From Callorhinchus milii (lineage: Eukaryota): a DNA stretch of 52,734 bases. Shown in pieces: positions 23,720 through 34,771 of the stretch. The stretch is taken from assembly GCF_018977255.1 (NCBI RefSeq), contig NW_024705345.1, positions 1 through 52,734 on the forward strand, given 5' to 3'. The first letter of the stretch is position 1; each line of letters begins with the position of its first letter. The position numbers were made by a program, and so were the translations under genes. The notes beneath the pieces are model-generated. The model searched no databases, was not told the DNA's origin, and worked only from the letters and a program-made list of their open reading frames with translations.

Positions 23720-23760
23720 CACCTGATGATGATTGCTTGTGTTGCAGTCGAAACGTCCTG
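23720..23760 (+). ncRNA. Minimal hammerhead motif in the Penelope 3' terminal repeat
   Basis: CAC-CTGATGA-T-GATTGC-TTGTGTT-GCAGTC-GAAAC-GTC-CTG. 6-bp helix II, one mismatch in helix I. Confidence 0.68.
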
Positions 23761-23893
23761 AGAATTGTATTGTTTTATATTTTTATTATTTTATTATTTC
23801 CCTTCTACGTGACTTCACCGAAAGAACCAAGAATATAAGTTTGAGAAAACCATCTGCGTGTTATTATACTTCATCACCGCTTTGTTATCTTAC

Positions 23894-23957
23894 CTGCAGC
23901 AATGTTTCTCGTTTGCTGTGCGATGATTTCAGGCGTGCCATTAAAAGCTGCATAACC
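23894..23957 (-). CDS. PROM1: Prominin exon GYAAFNGTPEIIAQQTRNIAA
   Basis: cgcag acceptor, gtaaga donor, 64 bp. Confidence 0.88.
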
Positions 23958-24087
23958 CTGCGCAGGGGAGAAAAATAACACCGAAAAATGTAACATTGAT
24001 GTAGCAGTTTTACGATTTACTTTGTGTCACCAATACTCTTAACTTTTAAGTCTCAAACACACTAGCGAACAGAATTTTTGAAAATCT

Positions 24088-24722
24088 TCACGTAGAATTT
24101 TTTATTTTTTTTATTTCAGAAAGAGAACTGTTACTGCGATTAATTACGACTTCGTTAACGTCTAGCTTTTCAGTGTGTGGGTCCGGTCTCTTGTTTGAGA
24201 GCCGGTTGAATTTGGAAATCAAGTTGTCCTTACATTTGGTCGACATAGCGGCAGCTGAAGAGGCAGTCATTTTGTCTACATGTTCCCAATCTGATGTGGA
24301 CATTGTTGCAGTCAAAGATAAGTGTGATTTGTAGAGTGTCTTGTCTAACTGATCAAGATCGGTGCGCGTAAGTCTGATTTTCTCTGAGATAAGAGCTAAG
24401 CTAGTTCTAGACAGAATTCGTTTAGCATTAGAAGAAGTTACAGCAGCAGAGGTTAGTGTAAATGCGATTGGTATTACCTTAGAGTCGCGGCATCTCTTCA
24501 TAAAGTTGAGAGACTCGATTAGCTGAGCCTTCTTATCCCGGAGTTTGTTGAAGGATCTCAAAGTTATGTGGAATCCCACCCCGTAGTGGCGATTAAATTT
24601 CGATTTAAAGCTTTCGTGACTGCAGGGATTCATCTCCTTGGTTCTTTCGGTAAAGTCACGTAGAAATGTATAATGTTTAATGTATGAAAACGTGTGCATT
24701 ACAAGATAAAAAATAAAAAACA
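24088..24722 (-). mobile_element. Penelope-like element 5' fragment (ORF N-terminus)
   Basis: MNPCSHESFKSKF...LNFMKRCRDSKVIP..F motif typical of Penelope N-termini. Same leader as the small inserts. Confidence 0.8.
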
Positions 24723-24730
24723 GTACATAC

Positions 24731-24805
24731 CTTGTCAACCATCGCTGTAAAGTTGGTGTCTAGCAGTCTCTTCACCTGCTCCAATTCCCGGGACACGTCC
24801 TGCGG
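24731..24805 (-). CDS. PROM1: Prominin exon PQDVSRELEQV...AMVDK
   Basis: gtgcag acceptor, gtatgt donor, 75 bp. Confidence 0.85.
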
Positions 24806-25587
24806 CTGCACAGGAAGGTAAACACCACCATCAGCTCTGCGCACTGTCAAACTAAACCAAACCCGGTCCCCTTTCAATGTTCAGTAAACCTGTTCTTCAG
24901 TGCTCATTGTACAAACATTGTTTCGAAGCTCAGGCATTAATTAGACATTTATAGTGGTTAAGCTTGATCTTTTTGTATCTGGAAGAACACAAATTCATGT
25001 AATCTACAGTTAAGGCTGCCATGGAAAGACAACATCCAGCCTCTTTGCACAGAAGTTCCTCCCCTCATGAGGAGAGGGAATTGGTTACATCTCGTGCGTA
25101 TATCTAACACTTTAAACCCAGGAGGTTGGCGTTTGATTCAGAGGCATGGGAAATCACAGACAAGCAGGAAGGCAGCCAGAACCAGCACCAACAATTGCTC
25201 AAGCCTCTATGGCTCTATATGAGGATGTTTGACCATCTCCATTGAGTACTTATACAGGAAACCAGAGCCCTCGGAGACAATTCAAATGCACGGATGGAGG
25301 GGGGTAACACCCAATCCCCGTACAGATGGAATACAGATGCAAATGAAGCAACTTGCTGTACTGCCGCGCCCTGGCAAAACAAGGAGAAGGCGACCTCGCA
25401 GCCCGGCAGATTTGAGAGTTTCCCGAACGTGCTTGTCATCCACCAACCCTCGACCGCCTCAGCGATTGCTGTGGATTAGAGGCAGCGTGAGTAGCCACGC
25501 TGGCGCTCACCAGTTTGCCGTTCTTCCCCTGCACCGTTGATTACGGCGGTTGGCTACATACGATGCGACATAAGTTCCACGTACACA

Positions 25588-26165
25588 TGTAGAGGTGTTA
25601 CGGGAGGGCGAACAAACACACCAAGGGTGTGGTTATGCCCGCACGCGGAAGGATGCTTACATCCACGTCCGCATCGTTTAGCCTGGGGGGCTGAAACGGC
25701 GCTGTGATCCCCCACGGCCCCACCCCTCGGGGAGGAGTTGCTATATAAGGCGGTGAGCCGGTGGGCTCGGGGTTCAGTGTTTAGCTCAAACCAGTGAAGA
25801 AGGGAGACCAGCTAGATAGGCCCTGGGACTCCCCTGGCTCGCTGTCCTTCTCAGGACCGACCAGGGCAAGCCAGTGGCGTGGCCCAGATAGCCCAGAGCC
25901 GATGCTCTTGTAAGAGCCGGTCTGGTGACTCAGGGTGCCGTGATCCCAGCTTAACCAGAGCTGGGTCAGCTAGCCTCCCCTAGCCCTGTAGTGGAGGACC
26001 TGGGAGTAGGCTGGCCGGGATAGAGATAGTGGGGTCTCCCTGTTAGACGGGTGAAGGGGCCGATACCCCTCCGAGTGTTGTATACATTGGCCTGTGCTGA
26101 GTGAAACGGTTAATAAATAAGGGTGCCTCCGACTATGTCGTCCAAGTCTCTTTGAACCTACTACA
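25588..26165 (+). mobile_element. Solo LTR related to the Gypsy LTRs at 5089/11278
   Basis: TGTAG...CTACA, TSD CACA. Shares the blocks AGATAGGCCCTGG, TAGCCTCCCCTAGCCC and GGGGCCGATACCCC. Confidence 0.88.
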
Positions 26166-26182
26166 CACACACTCACACGTAC

Positions 26183-26391
26183 CAAGCTGAAGTCGGCGTG
26201 GATATTCAGCAGGACGAGCTGCCCCGACATGGCGACGCACCGCTGAGCCCTCTGGCACACGGGGTCATTGAGGGTCGCGTTAAGGCCGCTGCGCACGGTC
26301 GTCAAGTTCCTCTGCAGCTTCTCGGAACCGTCGCGCAGCACCGAGAGCGACGTGTTGACGTCCAGCAGCGCCAGGCGCGTCGCCAACATCA
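26183..26391 (-). CDS. PROM1: Prominin exon VMLATRLALL...LNDPVC...HADFSL
   Basis: ggcag acceptor, gtacgt donor, 209 bp, LNDP.C motif. Confidence 0.88.
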
Positions 26392-26432
26392 CTGCCGGGA
26401 CGGGGGGGGGGGGGGAGCGCGTCAACGAGCAA

Positions 26433-27010
26433 GCGATCACCAAGAAAACAGTTGGTAACACACTATGCGATCACCAAGAAAACAGTCGGTAACACACTAT
26501 GCGATCGCCAAGAAAACAGTTGGTAACACACTATGCGATCGCCAAGAAAACAGTTGGTAACACACTATGCGATCGCCAAGAAAACAGTTGGTAACACACT
26601 ATGCGATCACCAAGAAAACAGTTGGTAACACACTATGCGATCACCAAGAAAACAGTCGGTAACACACTATGCGATCGCCAAGAAAACAGTTGGTAACACA
26701 CTATGCGATCGCCAAGAAAACAGTTGGTAACACACTATGCGATCGCCAAGAAAACAGTTGGTAACACACTATGCGATCACCAAGAAAACAGTTGGTAACA
26801 CACTATGCGATCGCCAAGAAAACAGTTGGTAACACACTATGCGATCACCAAGAAAACAGTTGGTAACACACTATGCGATCACCAAGAAAACAGTTGGTAA
26901 CACACTATGCGATCGCCAAGAAAACAGTTGGTAACACACTATGCGATCGCCAAGAAAACAGTTGGTAACACACTATGCGATCACCAAGAAAACAGTTGGT
27001 AACACACTAC
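26433..27010 (+). repeat. 34-bp tandem array, 17 units
   Basis: Unit GCGATC(A/G)CCAAGAAAACAGT(T/C)GGTAACACACTAT, exact 34-bp period, no spacers. Confidence 0.97.
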
Positions 27011-27924
27011 GCCGTGAATGACTCAAATCCTGCAGCGCCCGCAAGGTCCCCCTGCTCAAGAAAGCACATATACATGCCCGTCTGAAGTTTGCCAATGAAC
27101 ATCTGAATGATTCAGAGGACAACTGGGTGAAAGTGTTGTGGTCAGATGAGACCAAAATGGAGCTCTTTGGCATCAACTCAACTCGCCGTGTTTGGAGGAG
27201 GAGGAATGCTGCCTATGACCCCAAGAACACCATCCCCACCGTCAAATATGGAGGTGGAAACATTATGCTTTGGGAGTGTTTTTCTGCTAAGGAGACAGGA
27301 CAACTTCACCGCATCAAAGGGACGATGGACGGGGCCATGTACCGTCAAATCTTGGGTGAGAACCTCCTTCCCTCAGCCAGGGCATTGAAAATGGGTCGTG
27401 GATGGGTATTCCAGCATGACAATGACCCAAAACACACGGCCAAGGCAACAAAGGAGTGGCTCAAGAAGAAGCACATTAAGGTCCTGGAGTGGCCTAGCCA
27501 GTCTCCAGACCTTAATCCCATAGAAAATCTGTGGAGGGAGCTGAAGGTTCGAGTTGCCAAACGTCAGCCTCGAAACCTCAATGACTTGGAGAAGATCTAC
27601 AAAGGGGAGTGGGACAAAATCCCTCCTGAGATGTGTGCAAACCTGGTGGCCAACTACAAGAAACGTCTGACCTCTGTGATTGCCAACAAGGGTTTTGCCA
27701 CTAAGTACTAAGTCATGTTTTGCAGTGGGGTCAAATACTTATTTCCCTCATTAAAATGCAAATCAATTTATAACATTTTTGACATGCGTCTTTCTAGATT
27801 TTGTTGTTATTCTGTCTCTCACTGTTCAAATAAACCTACCATTAAAATTATAGACTGATCATTTCTTTGTCAGTGGGCAAACGTACAGAATCAGCAGGGG
27901 ATTAAATACTTTTTTCCCTCACTG
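26982..27924 (+). mobile_element. 5'-truncated Tc1 DNA transposon (DD34E transposase, right TIR)
   Basis: [28 protein letters not shown] (ORF 27127-27711). Ends ...CCCTCACTG followed by TA. In-frame stop near 27020. Confidence 0.93.
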
Positions 27925-28616
27925 TAGCTCAAGCAACACAGAGAAGGAAAGGAATGAAAAACAATGACTGGCACATTCAAATTTCTAAAACGCAAACATC
28001 ATCAAGTGCAAACAATTTGTCGAGAAGGACACGCATCTAATATGTACAATAATTTGACGTGTAGAATAACAATTTCTCATAGGCGGAGTTTGAATTCTAT
28101 CGCGGGTGCATATAATTTATTTATTTTGAACCTTACTTGTAAACGACTGAAAATAAATTAATAAAGGTGCCCAGTTCGGGGGGGGGGGCTAAGCCCCCCC
28201 CATGCCCCCACCCCCCCAAACTCTGCCCAAGCTATTTCTCCCTGAACAGTTTCCATCGCATTTCATGGGAACGTGCAGCTGGGCTTGTGGGGCTTGTGGG
28301 GCTGGTCCTGCACCACCAAAAGTGTCCCTGATGGCCCCCCCACCAGCATTCCCTCTCCTCTGTTGTCCACCACTCGTATTTTGCACCTCACCCCCAACGC
28401 AACAGATCTACCCCCCCCCCCCCCACCGCCACTGGACCTGATTGCAACCTAAAATGTGAACGTTTCAATTTTATAAAACGGTTCCACTCCGTTGCCTTTG
28501 CTCCCGCGTAGCCGTGGCGTGCGCGCTCTACGTATGCACTGCGTCGAACTCGGTCCGCGCTGCACGCGGCCAACCGCGCTCGTCGCGGTTGGCAAAGGTG
28601 CCGTGTGGACACTGAC

Positions 28617-28706
28617 CGTCGGCCATCTGCAGGGCAGCCCGTAGCGCGGGATAAACCTTCGTGCCCAGCCGCCTCTGGATCCTCTGGCCCAGCAACGGTC
28701 CCACGT
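28617..28706 (-). CDS. PROM1: Prominin exon VGPLLGQRIQRRL...LQMAD
   Basis: ttttacag acceptor, gtcagt donor, 90 bp. Confidence 0.88.
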
Positions 28707-29057
28707 CTGTAAAATTGTCCGAACCGGCACGGATCGGATCGAGATGTAAGGCAACTGCGAACGCCGTGCCCCTGAACGCTGACTTAACTTGCGTGGCGAG
28801 CAGAGGCAAAGAAGCGATTAGTCACACTGTGATGCAGAACTGCAACGTTCATAGTGTAGAGGAGTAAAATGGGGACGTGACGTCAGGCGTGCCGTTCAGT
28901 GCGATGACGTCACGTCTCCCAGGGTACTTAAGGGAGACCCCGTGACGTAAGCGGGGTCACCGTGGGAACGGGTAGAGTGAGCAGGGTGAAGAGGGAACCA
29001 GGGGTAGAGAGAGGGATCGAATAGGGAGTCTGGGGAGAAGCCGGTGGTAGCTGGAGA

Positions 29058-29424
29058 GGTGCGTGTCTGTGTGTGTGTCTGTGTTGCTGTGTGTCTGTGT
29101 GTGTCTGGATGTGTGTTTGTGTGTGTGTCTGTGTGTGTGTCTGTGTTGCTGTGTGTGTCTGTGTGTGTGTCTGTGTCTGTGTGTGTCTGTGTGTGTGTCT
29201 GGGTGTGTGTCTGTGTTGCTGTGTGTGTCTGTGTGTGTGTCTGTGTTGCTGTGTATGTCTGTGTGTGTGTCTGTGTGTGTGTGTGTGTCTGTGTGTGTGT
29301 CTGGGTGTGTGTCTGTGTTGCTGTGTGTGTCTGTGTGTGTGTCTGGGTGTGTGTCTGGGTTGCTGTGTGTGTCTGTGTGTGTGTCTGTGTGTGTCTGTGT
29401 GTGTCTGGGTGTGTGTATGTGTGT
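29058..29424. repeat. Compound (GT/GTCT) microsatellite, continuing at 31922-32002
   Basis: Visible. Confidence 0.95.
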
Positions 29425-31923
29425 AGTTAGCTGATGAAAGTTGCAAGCGAGAATTTCATCATCGCTTGCAGCTGGGGTTGGCATCGTCCCCCACTCCACC
29501 TGATGTCGAGGGGAAATGGGCGAGGTTTAAGACTGTGACTCATGCAGCTGCAATGGCTGCTTTGGGTATGCGGTCCAGACCTCCCCAGAAACCCTGGCTG
29601 ACAGAGGAGGTGTTCAGGTTAATTGAGAAAAAGCGACAGGCCCACTCTCATCGCCTACAGCATCCCACGTCAGAGAATGAGGAGGTTTACCGCAGCCTTC
29701 GCTCGGAAGTTCGGAGAGCCGTAAGGCGCTGTAAGGATGGGTGGTGGTCGCGGGTTGCTGAGGAGATGGAGTCTGCCTCAGTGGCCCGTGATCACAAATC
29801 ACTATTTAACTCCATCAAAAAAGTAACCTGCAGCGCCACACCTATTACCATCATTAGAGGAAAAAACGGTGATCCAATCTCCGACCCCCAGGAACAGGTT
29901 TGCAGATTTGCTGAGCATTTCTGTGAGGTCCTGGGGGAGGGAAATTCTCTCAGCCAGGAAAACATCATGGCACAAAGTGGTGATAACCCTGCTGAGGCTG
30001 CGGTGCCTCAAATATTGGAAGAGGTCACCCCCTGTGAGTGGCTGGCTGAGGTGCCAGCTGTTGAGGAAGTACTGAGGGCGATCCGGAGTCTGAGACCAGG
30101 AAAGGCACCGGGCAGAGATGATCTCCCAAGCGAAATGCTGAGGGAGGGTGGCGTTTGTGCACAGACTGCCCTATATGACATCATAACAACAGTCTGGACC
30201 ACTGGACGGGTTCCGCAGGACTGGAAGGATGCCCTGGTGGTTCCCCTCTTTAAGAAGGGGGACCGTACCGACTGTAACAACTACAGGGGCATCTCACTCC
30301 TCAGTGTGCCGGGTAAGGTCCTGGCAAGGATTATTCAACATCGCCTTGCTAGGCACGCTGAGGAGAGGCTTGCGGAGCCCCAATGCGGTTTCAGGAAAGG
30401 GCGGTCCTGCACAGATGCCATATTTTCTGTCCGTCTGCTACAGCAGAGGTGTAGGGAATTCCAACAAGACCTACATCTCTGCTTTATTGACCTGGTCAAG
30501 GCCTATGATACCATCAGTAGGACTGGGCTCTGGGTTGTTCTTCGTGCTTTCGGAGTCCCTGACCCTCTGCTCACGATCATTAAGGACCTTCATGATGGTG
30601 AGCGGGCCCGGGTAAAACTACGTGGCCGGGAGTCGGAGCCTTTCCCTGTACACCTTGGGGTGCGACAGGGATGTCCTCTGGCTCCCACATTATTTAACAT
30701 CTATTTTGACCGCGTAGTTCGTGAAGCCTTCAATAGCTGTACCGGGGGAATTTCCATTTGGTACAGATATAATGGGAGGCTGATCGACGCCCGGGTGCGA
30801 TCAAGGGATGGCTCCCTATTGGTCAACCACGTTATGTATGCCGATGATTTGGTAATAGCTGCTCATTCAGAAGAGGAGTTGGAGGCGCTGCTGCTGAGAC
30901 TGGAGCGTGCCACTAAGAGGTGGGGCCTTACCATCAGCCCCACCAAAACTAAGCACCTGCCTGGGTATTTTGTACCATCGGACACTCCACCCCCACAACT
31001 CCCAATTGGTGATGGGGCAGTTGTGGAGAGAGTGGAGAGTTTCCCATACCTGGGCAGTGTGCTTATGACCGGCTCCAGTCTATCAGCAGAGGTCTCACTC
31101 CGAATCAGTCGAGCGGCAATATCTTTTCATCGGTTGCGTAACGCTGTGTGGAAGCTACCTGGTCTGTCGCTCCGCACGAAGCTTCAGGTCTTCTCGGCCA
31201 CGGTCATTCCCTCCCTTCTCTACGCTTGCGAGACGTGGACCCCCCTGGTGGAGCATCTTCGCCGGTTGGAAACATTTAGGCTGGCCTGCCTACGATCCAT
31301 CCTGGGTTTAACCAGGCTGGATTGTGTGAGGAGCTCACAAATCCTTGAAAGATCTGGGCAAAGTCCCATCAGTGAGCTCCTCCGGCAGGCAAGGCTGCGT
31401 TGGCTGGGTCATGTAGCCCGCATGCCCAGCCACCGCATGCCTAAACAGCTTTTGTTCGGCCGGATCGAGGGGGCTAGACGGGCGCGGCACGGGCTGAAGA
31501 AGAGATGGAGTGATGTGGTACAGGAGGACGTGGAGCTGAGTGGACTTGCCGATGACTGGTACCAGCGGTGTCAAGATCGGCCTCAGTGGAGGAGGCTCGT
31601 GAAGGACGCTACTGGGCAGTTGGAGGCAGTCGCCCTCCAACAACAACGGAGGGCGGAGGAGCGACGCTCACAACAACGAGCGGAGCGCCGGGTGGCTAAA
31701 GCACAGCAAGTTGGCACAGTAGGGGGCACAGGTGGTGCATCAGCCAGTCATCTCGGTCATCTCAGTCAGTCGACCCGTGGCACCTGCTGGGTCTGCCCCG
31801 TGACCTCCTGCCAGCGGGCTTTCGACACTTCACGTGGCCTCAAGGTGCACTTGGCCTGGCACAAGCATCGTGGTGACGTCACCGCCACTTAGTGGCGAAT
31901 GGCGGTTGTTGTTGTTGTTGTTG
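29425..31923 (+). mobile_element. 5'-truncated RTE-clade LINE with (GTT)n tail
   Basis: Tail GTTGTT at about 31904-31923. Candidate TSD TGTATGTGTGT (29414-29424, 31922-31932). Confidence 0.9.
29466..31892 (+). CDS. RTE reverse transcriptase ORF (808 aa, no endonuclease domain, C-terminal C2H2-like finger)
   Basis: NYRGISLL, QCGFR, FIDLVKAYD, GVRQGCPLAP, YADD, FPYLGS, LLYACETW, CPVTSC...H..H. No stops. No native start codon. Confidence 0.93.
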   Translation: MQLGLASSPTPPDVEGKWARFKTVTHAAAMAALGMRSRPPQKPWLTEEVFRLIEKKRQAHSHRLQHPTSENEEVYRSLRSEVRRAVRRCKDGWWSRVAEEMESASVARDHKSLFNSIKKVTCSATPITIIRGKNGDPISDPQEQVCRFAEHFCEVLGEGNSLSQENIMAQSGDNPAEAAVPQILEEVTPCEWLAEVPAVEEVLRAIRSLRPGKAPGRDDLPSEMLREGGVCAQTALYDIITTVWTTGRVPQDWKDALVVPLFKKGDRTDCNNYRGISLLSVPGKVLARIIQHRLARHAEERLAEPQCGFRKGRSCTDAIFSVRLLQQRCREFQQDLHLCFIDLVKAYDTISRTGLWVVLRAFGVPDPLLTIIKDLHDGERARVKLRGRESEPFPVHLGVRQGCPLAPTLFNIYFDRVVREAFNSCTGGISIWYRYNGRLIDARVRSRDGSLLVNHVMYADDLVIAAHSEEELEALLLRLERATKRWGLTISPTKTKHLPGYFVPSDTPPPQLPIGDGAVVERVESFPYLGSVLMTGSSLSAEVSLRISRAAISFHRLRNAVWKLPGLSLRTKLQVFSATVIPSLLYACETWTPLVEHLRRLETFRLACLRSILGLTRLDCVRSSQILERSGQSPISELLRQARLRWLGHVARMPSHRMPKQLLFGRIEGARRARHGLKKRWSDVVQEDVELSGLADDWYQRCQDRPQWRRLVKDATGQLEAVALQQQRRAEERRSQQRAERRVAKAQQVGTVGGTGGASASHLGHLSQSTRGTCWVCPVTSCQRAFDTSRGLKVHLAWHKHRGDVTAT

Positions 31924-32675
31924 TATGTGTGTGTGTGTTGCTGTGTGTGTCTGTGTGTGTGTCTGTGTGTGTGTCTGGGTGTGTGTATGTGTGTGTGTCT
32001 GTGGAGTCTGCAGAGTCCACGATGCGACACGAGAGAGAGAGACCGGAGCTAGTCGGCAGGGACCCGGACTCCGAGTAGGAGCCCCCTAGCCCCTGGGAGT
32101 TGTGTACCCTGGTGTGTAATATTGCAACAGCTTTAATAAACCCTGGCGAAAGCCCTTAGCTTACCTCCGTCTCCAAGTACGTTCGCGAGAACTTCTCTAC
32201 AATAGTATTAACACTGGAGAAAGCATTTTAAAGACCAACATATTTTAGTTATCAGATGTAAGTTCACATTTAGGATGGATTTTTTTTGGGGGGGGATTGG
32301 GTTAATTAAAAAACCCATACGTGCAGCCCTTGCCACAGACCTTTCAAAACACCAACCCAATGTTCTTAAAATTGACGCTTTTCCTGTTCACCTCTGTTTG
32401 TTTGCACTCCATCACACAGGGCCCAGCAGATGAGCACAGATTAGAAACGAACCGCCAGGGGCACAAAGCAGCCACACTCAAGGGCTGCCACCTGGCCACG
32501 CAAACATCTCTTATTTTATTTCATATTTACATGAGCTGCTAGCAGCTACAACACCCTTCAGATGTTGTGTCACCTGTAATGCCTCACCACCATTATCCCT
32601 ATCGTGCTCTAAGCAGCTCCTAATTGAATCAGGCCCTTGTGAGGCCAACAAGTTACGGGGTTACCAATTCCACAT

Positions 32676-33035
32676 CAGAGGTCGCAACCGGGTACCCGAT
32701 ACCCGTACCCTACCCGATACCCGGCTACCCGTACCCGGCCGGGTATGGGTACGAGTACCCGTTTGCGACCCTGGTGCGGCCTGGTACGGGTACGGGTAGA
32801 CGGTGAGTCACTGGTGAGTCACCGTTTGTCACTCATTTCCCAACGTCTTGTCTCTTCTCACAATTCAAGTTCCTAGAATCAACCCACCCGCGCCTGCAAC
32901 ATGGCTTCATCCCAGAGGTCGCAATCAGGTACCCGATACCCGTACGGGTACGGCCGGGTACGGGTACGGGGACCCGTTTGCGACCCTGGTGCGGCCGGGT
33001 ACGGGTAAGGAATCAAAACCCGTTTGCGACCTCTG
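32676..33035. mobile_element. Composite hAT-type MITE
   Basis: TIRs at 32676 and 33035, an extra left TIR at 32913, 8-bp TSD TTCCACAT outside. Confidence 0.85.
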
Positions 33036-34655
33036 TTCCACATGCACTGGAGCAAGTGCTACAACGCAACCAAGTTAAAGTGTTTATTTTGTATTCATAA
33101 TTGACTTTTGGGTTAGACCACGTAATAATCTGCCCAAATTTCTGTCATACCACCTGACATAGCCAAACATATTAAAATGTCGCATGTACAAGCGCTCCCG
33201 ACAATTAATTATCGCAACTAAATATAACAATTAGATACCCGATGTTTTACGTGAAAATGTGCCAAACGTCTTCAGGATAAGATCCAGGAAGTTAGATTAA
33301 CCACGTCACCTGACCCGGCTTCTCCAATTCGTCACATTATCTTTAAAATTAAAATGACAGCATCATGTTCATACTGAATGGAGTTGCACATTTAGTTTCT
33401 GCTCATTGCGACTTTTTTTCATTATTAACCATTAATTACATTTAAATCAGACTAACATGAAAGGCGAGGTTTCGGTACGAGGCTCTTATAGCGCACATAT
33501 CGGGAACAATCACGCGGACAAATGTGGAAAAATCACCTCACGTACATGTAACTTGTAGGCCTTGGCAAGAGAGTGTACGGTGAACAATTTATTTTGTTTC
33601 TCGGAAAATAAACGAATTGTGCATCAGGTATGGTGTCTACAAATACCCGTGGCCTCTGTGCTGGAGTAGAGAGGCATTGATTGGAAAACAAGAAGGCGAA
33701 CGGCGCGATAGCTCGTGCCCACAATGAGTGCGGGCTGCTGCTCTTCCTCCATCCCACCTGTTTCTATTCACTCGTGGCATGCCGCTCACCTGCACAAAAT
33801 ATACCGGTGATCTCTGTCTTTGGAAAGATATGTCGGCGCAATGTTGAATAAATAATCACTGGCCGAAGAAACACGCTTTTTTCTATTTAAGCACATGAAA
33901 CTCCATGTCTCACCCCCCTCCCCCCGAGTTTCAAATTCTAGCAATTACCAGGTGCGCAATGTGTACCCATTTCATTGAACGTTTGAACAAATAACGGCAG
34001 TATTGACGCCGACGTTATCGGCTCGGGGGAGCGAGGCCGCACGTGCAATCGAGCGCGACACACACGGAGGCCGTCTTGCCGCATCTCCACGACCGCTGGG
34101 AGGGACGGGCCGGATCGGTTGTCCACCCTCGCGGCCGGTCACGGTGTCACATCCGGATATCAACCCAGAGCCGGTGGTGATCAGCACTTAGTTCAGCCTC
34201 CAGCAGGAACGGATGAACATGACAAAGACATTAGCTCGGGGAATCGCCTTAACGTAGCCTGCGTTGAAAAGCGATTTGCAATAGTCGTTCCACCGGTCGC
34301 TTTCCAGAAGGCCGTGGACGGTAGAAAAGGGCAGTGAGGTGAGTGGACATGGAGCTGCCCCACAGCCTCGTGGCTCACGAGTGAGGGGGACACGGACACG
34401 CTGCTGATGTCGCGCCCGGTTTCCAACGGTCACGGAAACACAGCATTAGTCCCAAAGGGGTCCGCACTGGGACATCACTAAAAGTTGTGATGACTATGAA
34501 ATGCTGCCTTAATAGAAAGGACATTATTACCCGACACTGCAGATAATGCCAAGAGATACGGATACAATTACTTACTATGATTAAAGAAGTAAAACATTTT
34601 CAGATACCTATAACCCCAAAATGAACAAGCAACAAGCCTATATATTTACACTCAC

Positions 34656-34719
34656 GGTCGAGATCGGAAACCGCCCTGTCCTTCGTGATGTTGTATTTTT
34701 CAACGATGTAGTCGATTTG
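34656..34719 (-). CDS. PROM1: Prominin exon QIDYIVEKYNITKDRAVSDLD
   Basis: ctttag acceptor, gtgagt donor, 64 bp. Confidence 0.9.
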
Positions 34720-34771
34720 CTAAAGGCAAAGAAAGAAACACACTCAAGTCAGTCACACGACCGCCTTGTAC

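Larger units (their letters stand above)
28855..32201 (+). mobile_element. Solo LTR expanded by a GT-rich microsatellite and an RTE insertion
   Basis: TGTAGAG...CTCTACA, TSD ATAG (28851-28854, 32202-32205). Homologous to LTR 37692-37964. Confidence 0.9.

Noticed and set aside
26433..27010. CRISPR-like array (34-bp repeats)
   Set aside because: Units are head-to-tail with no unique spacers, there are no cas genes, and the unit is Tc1-derived.
28928..29499. His/Thr- and Cys/Val-rich ORFs
   Set aside because: Microsatellite translations.
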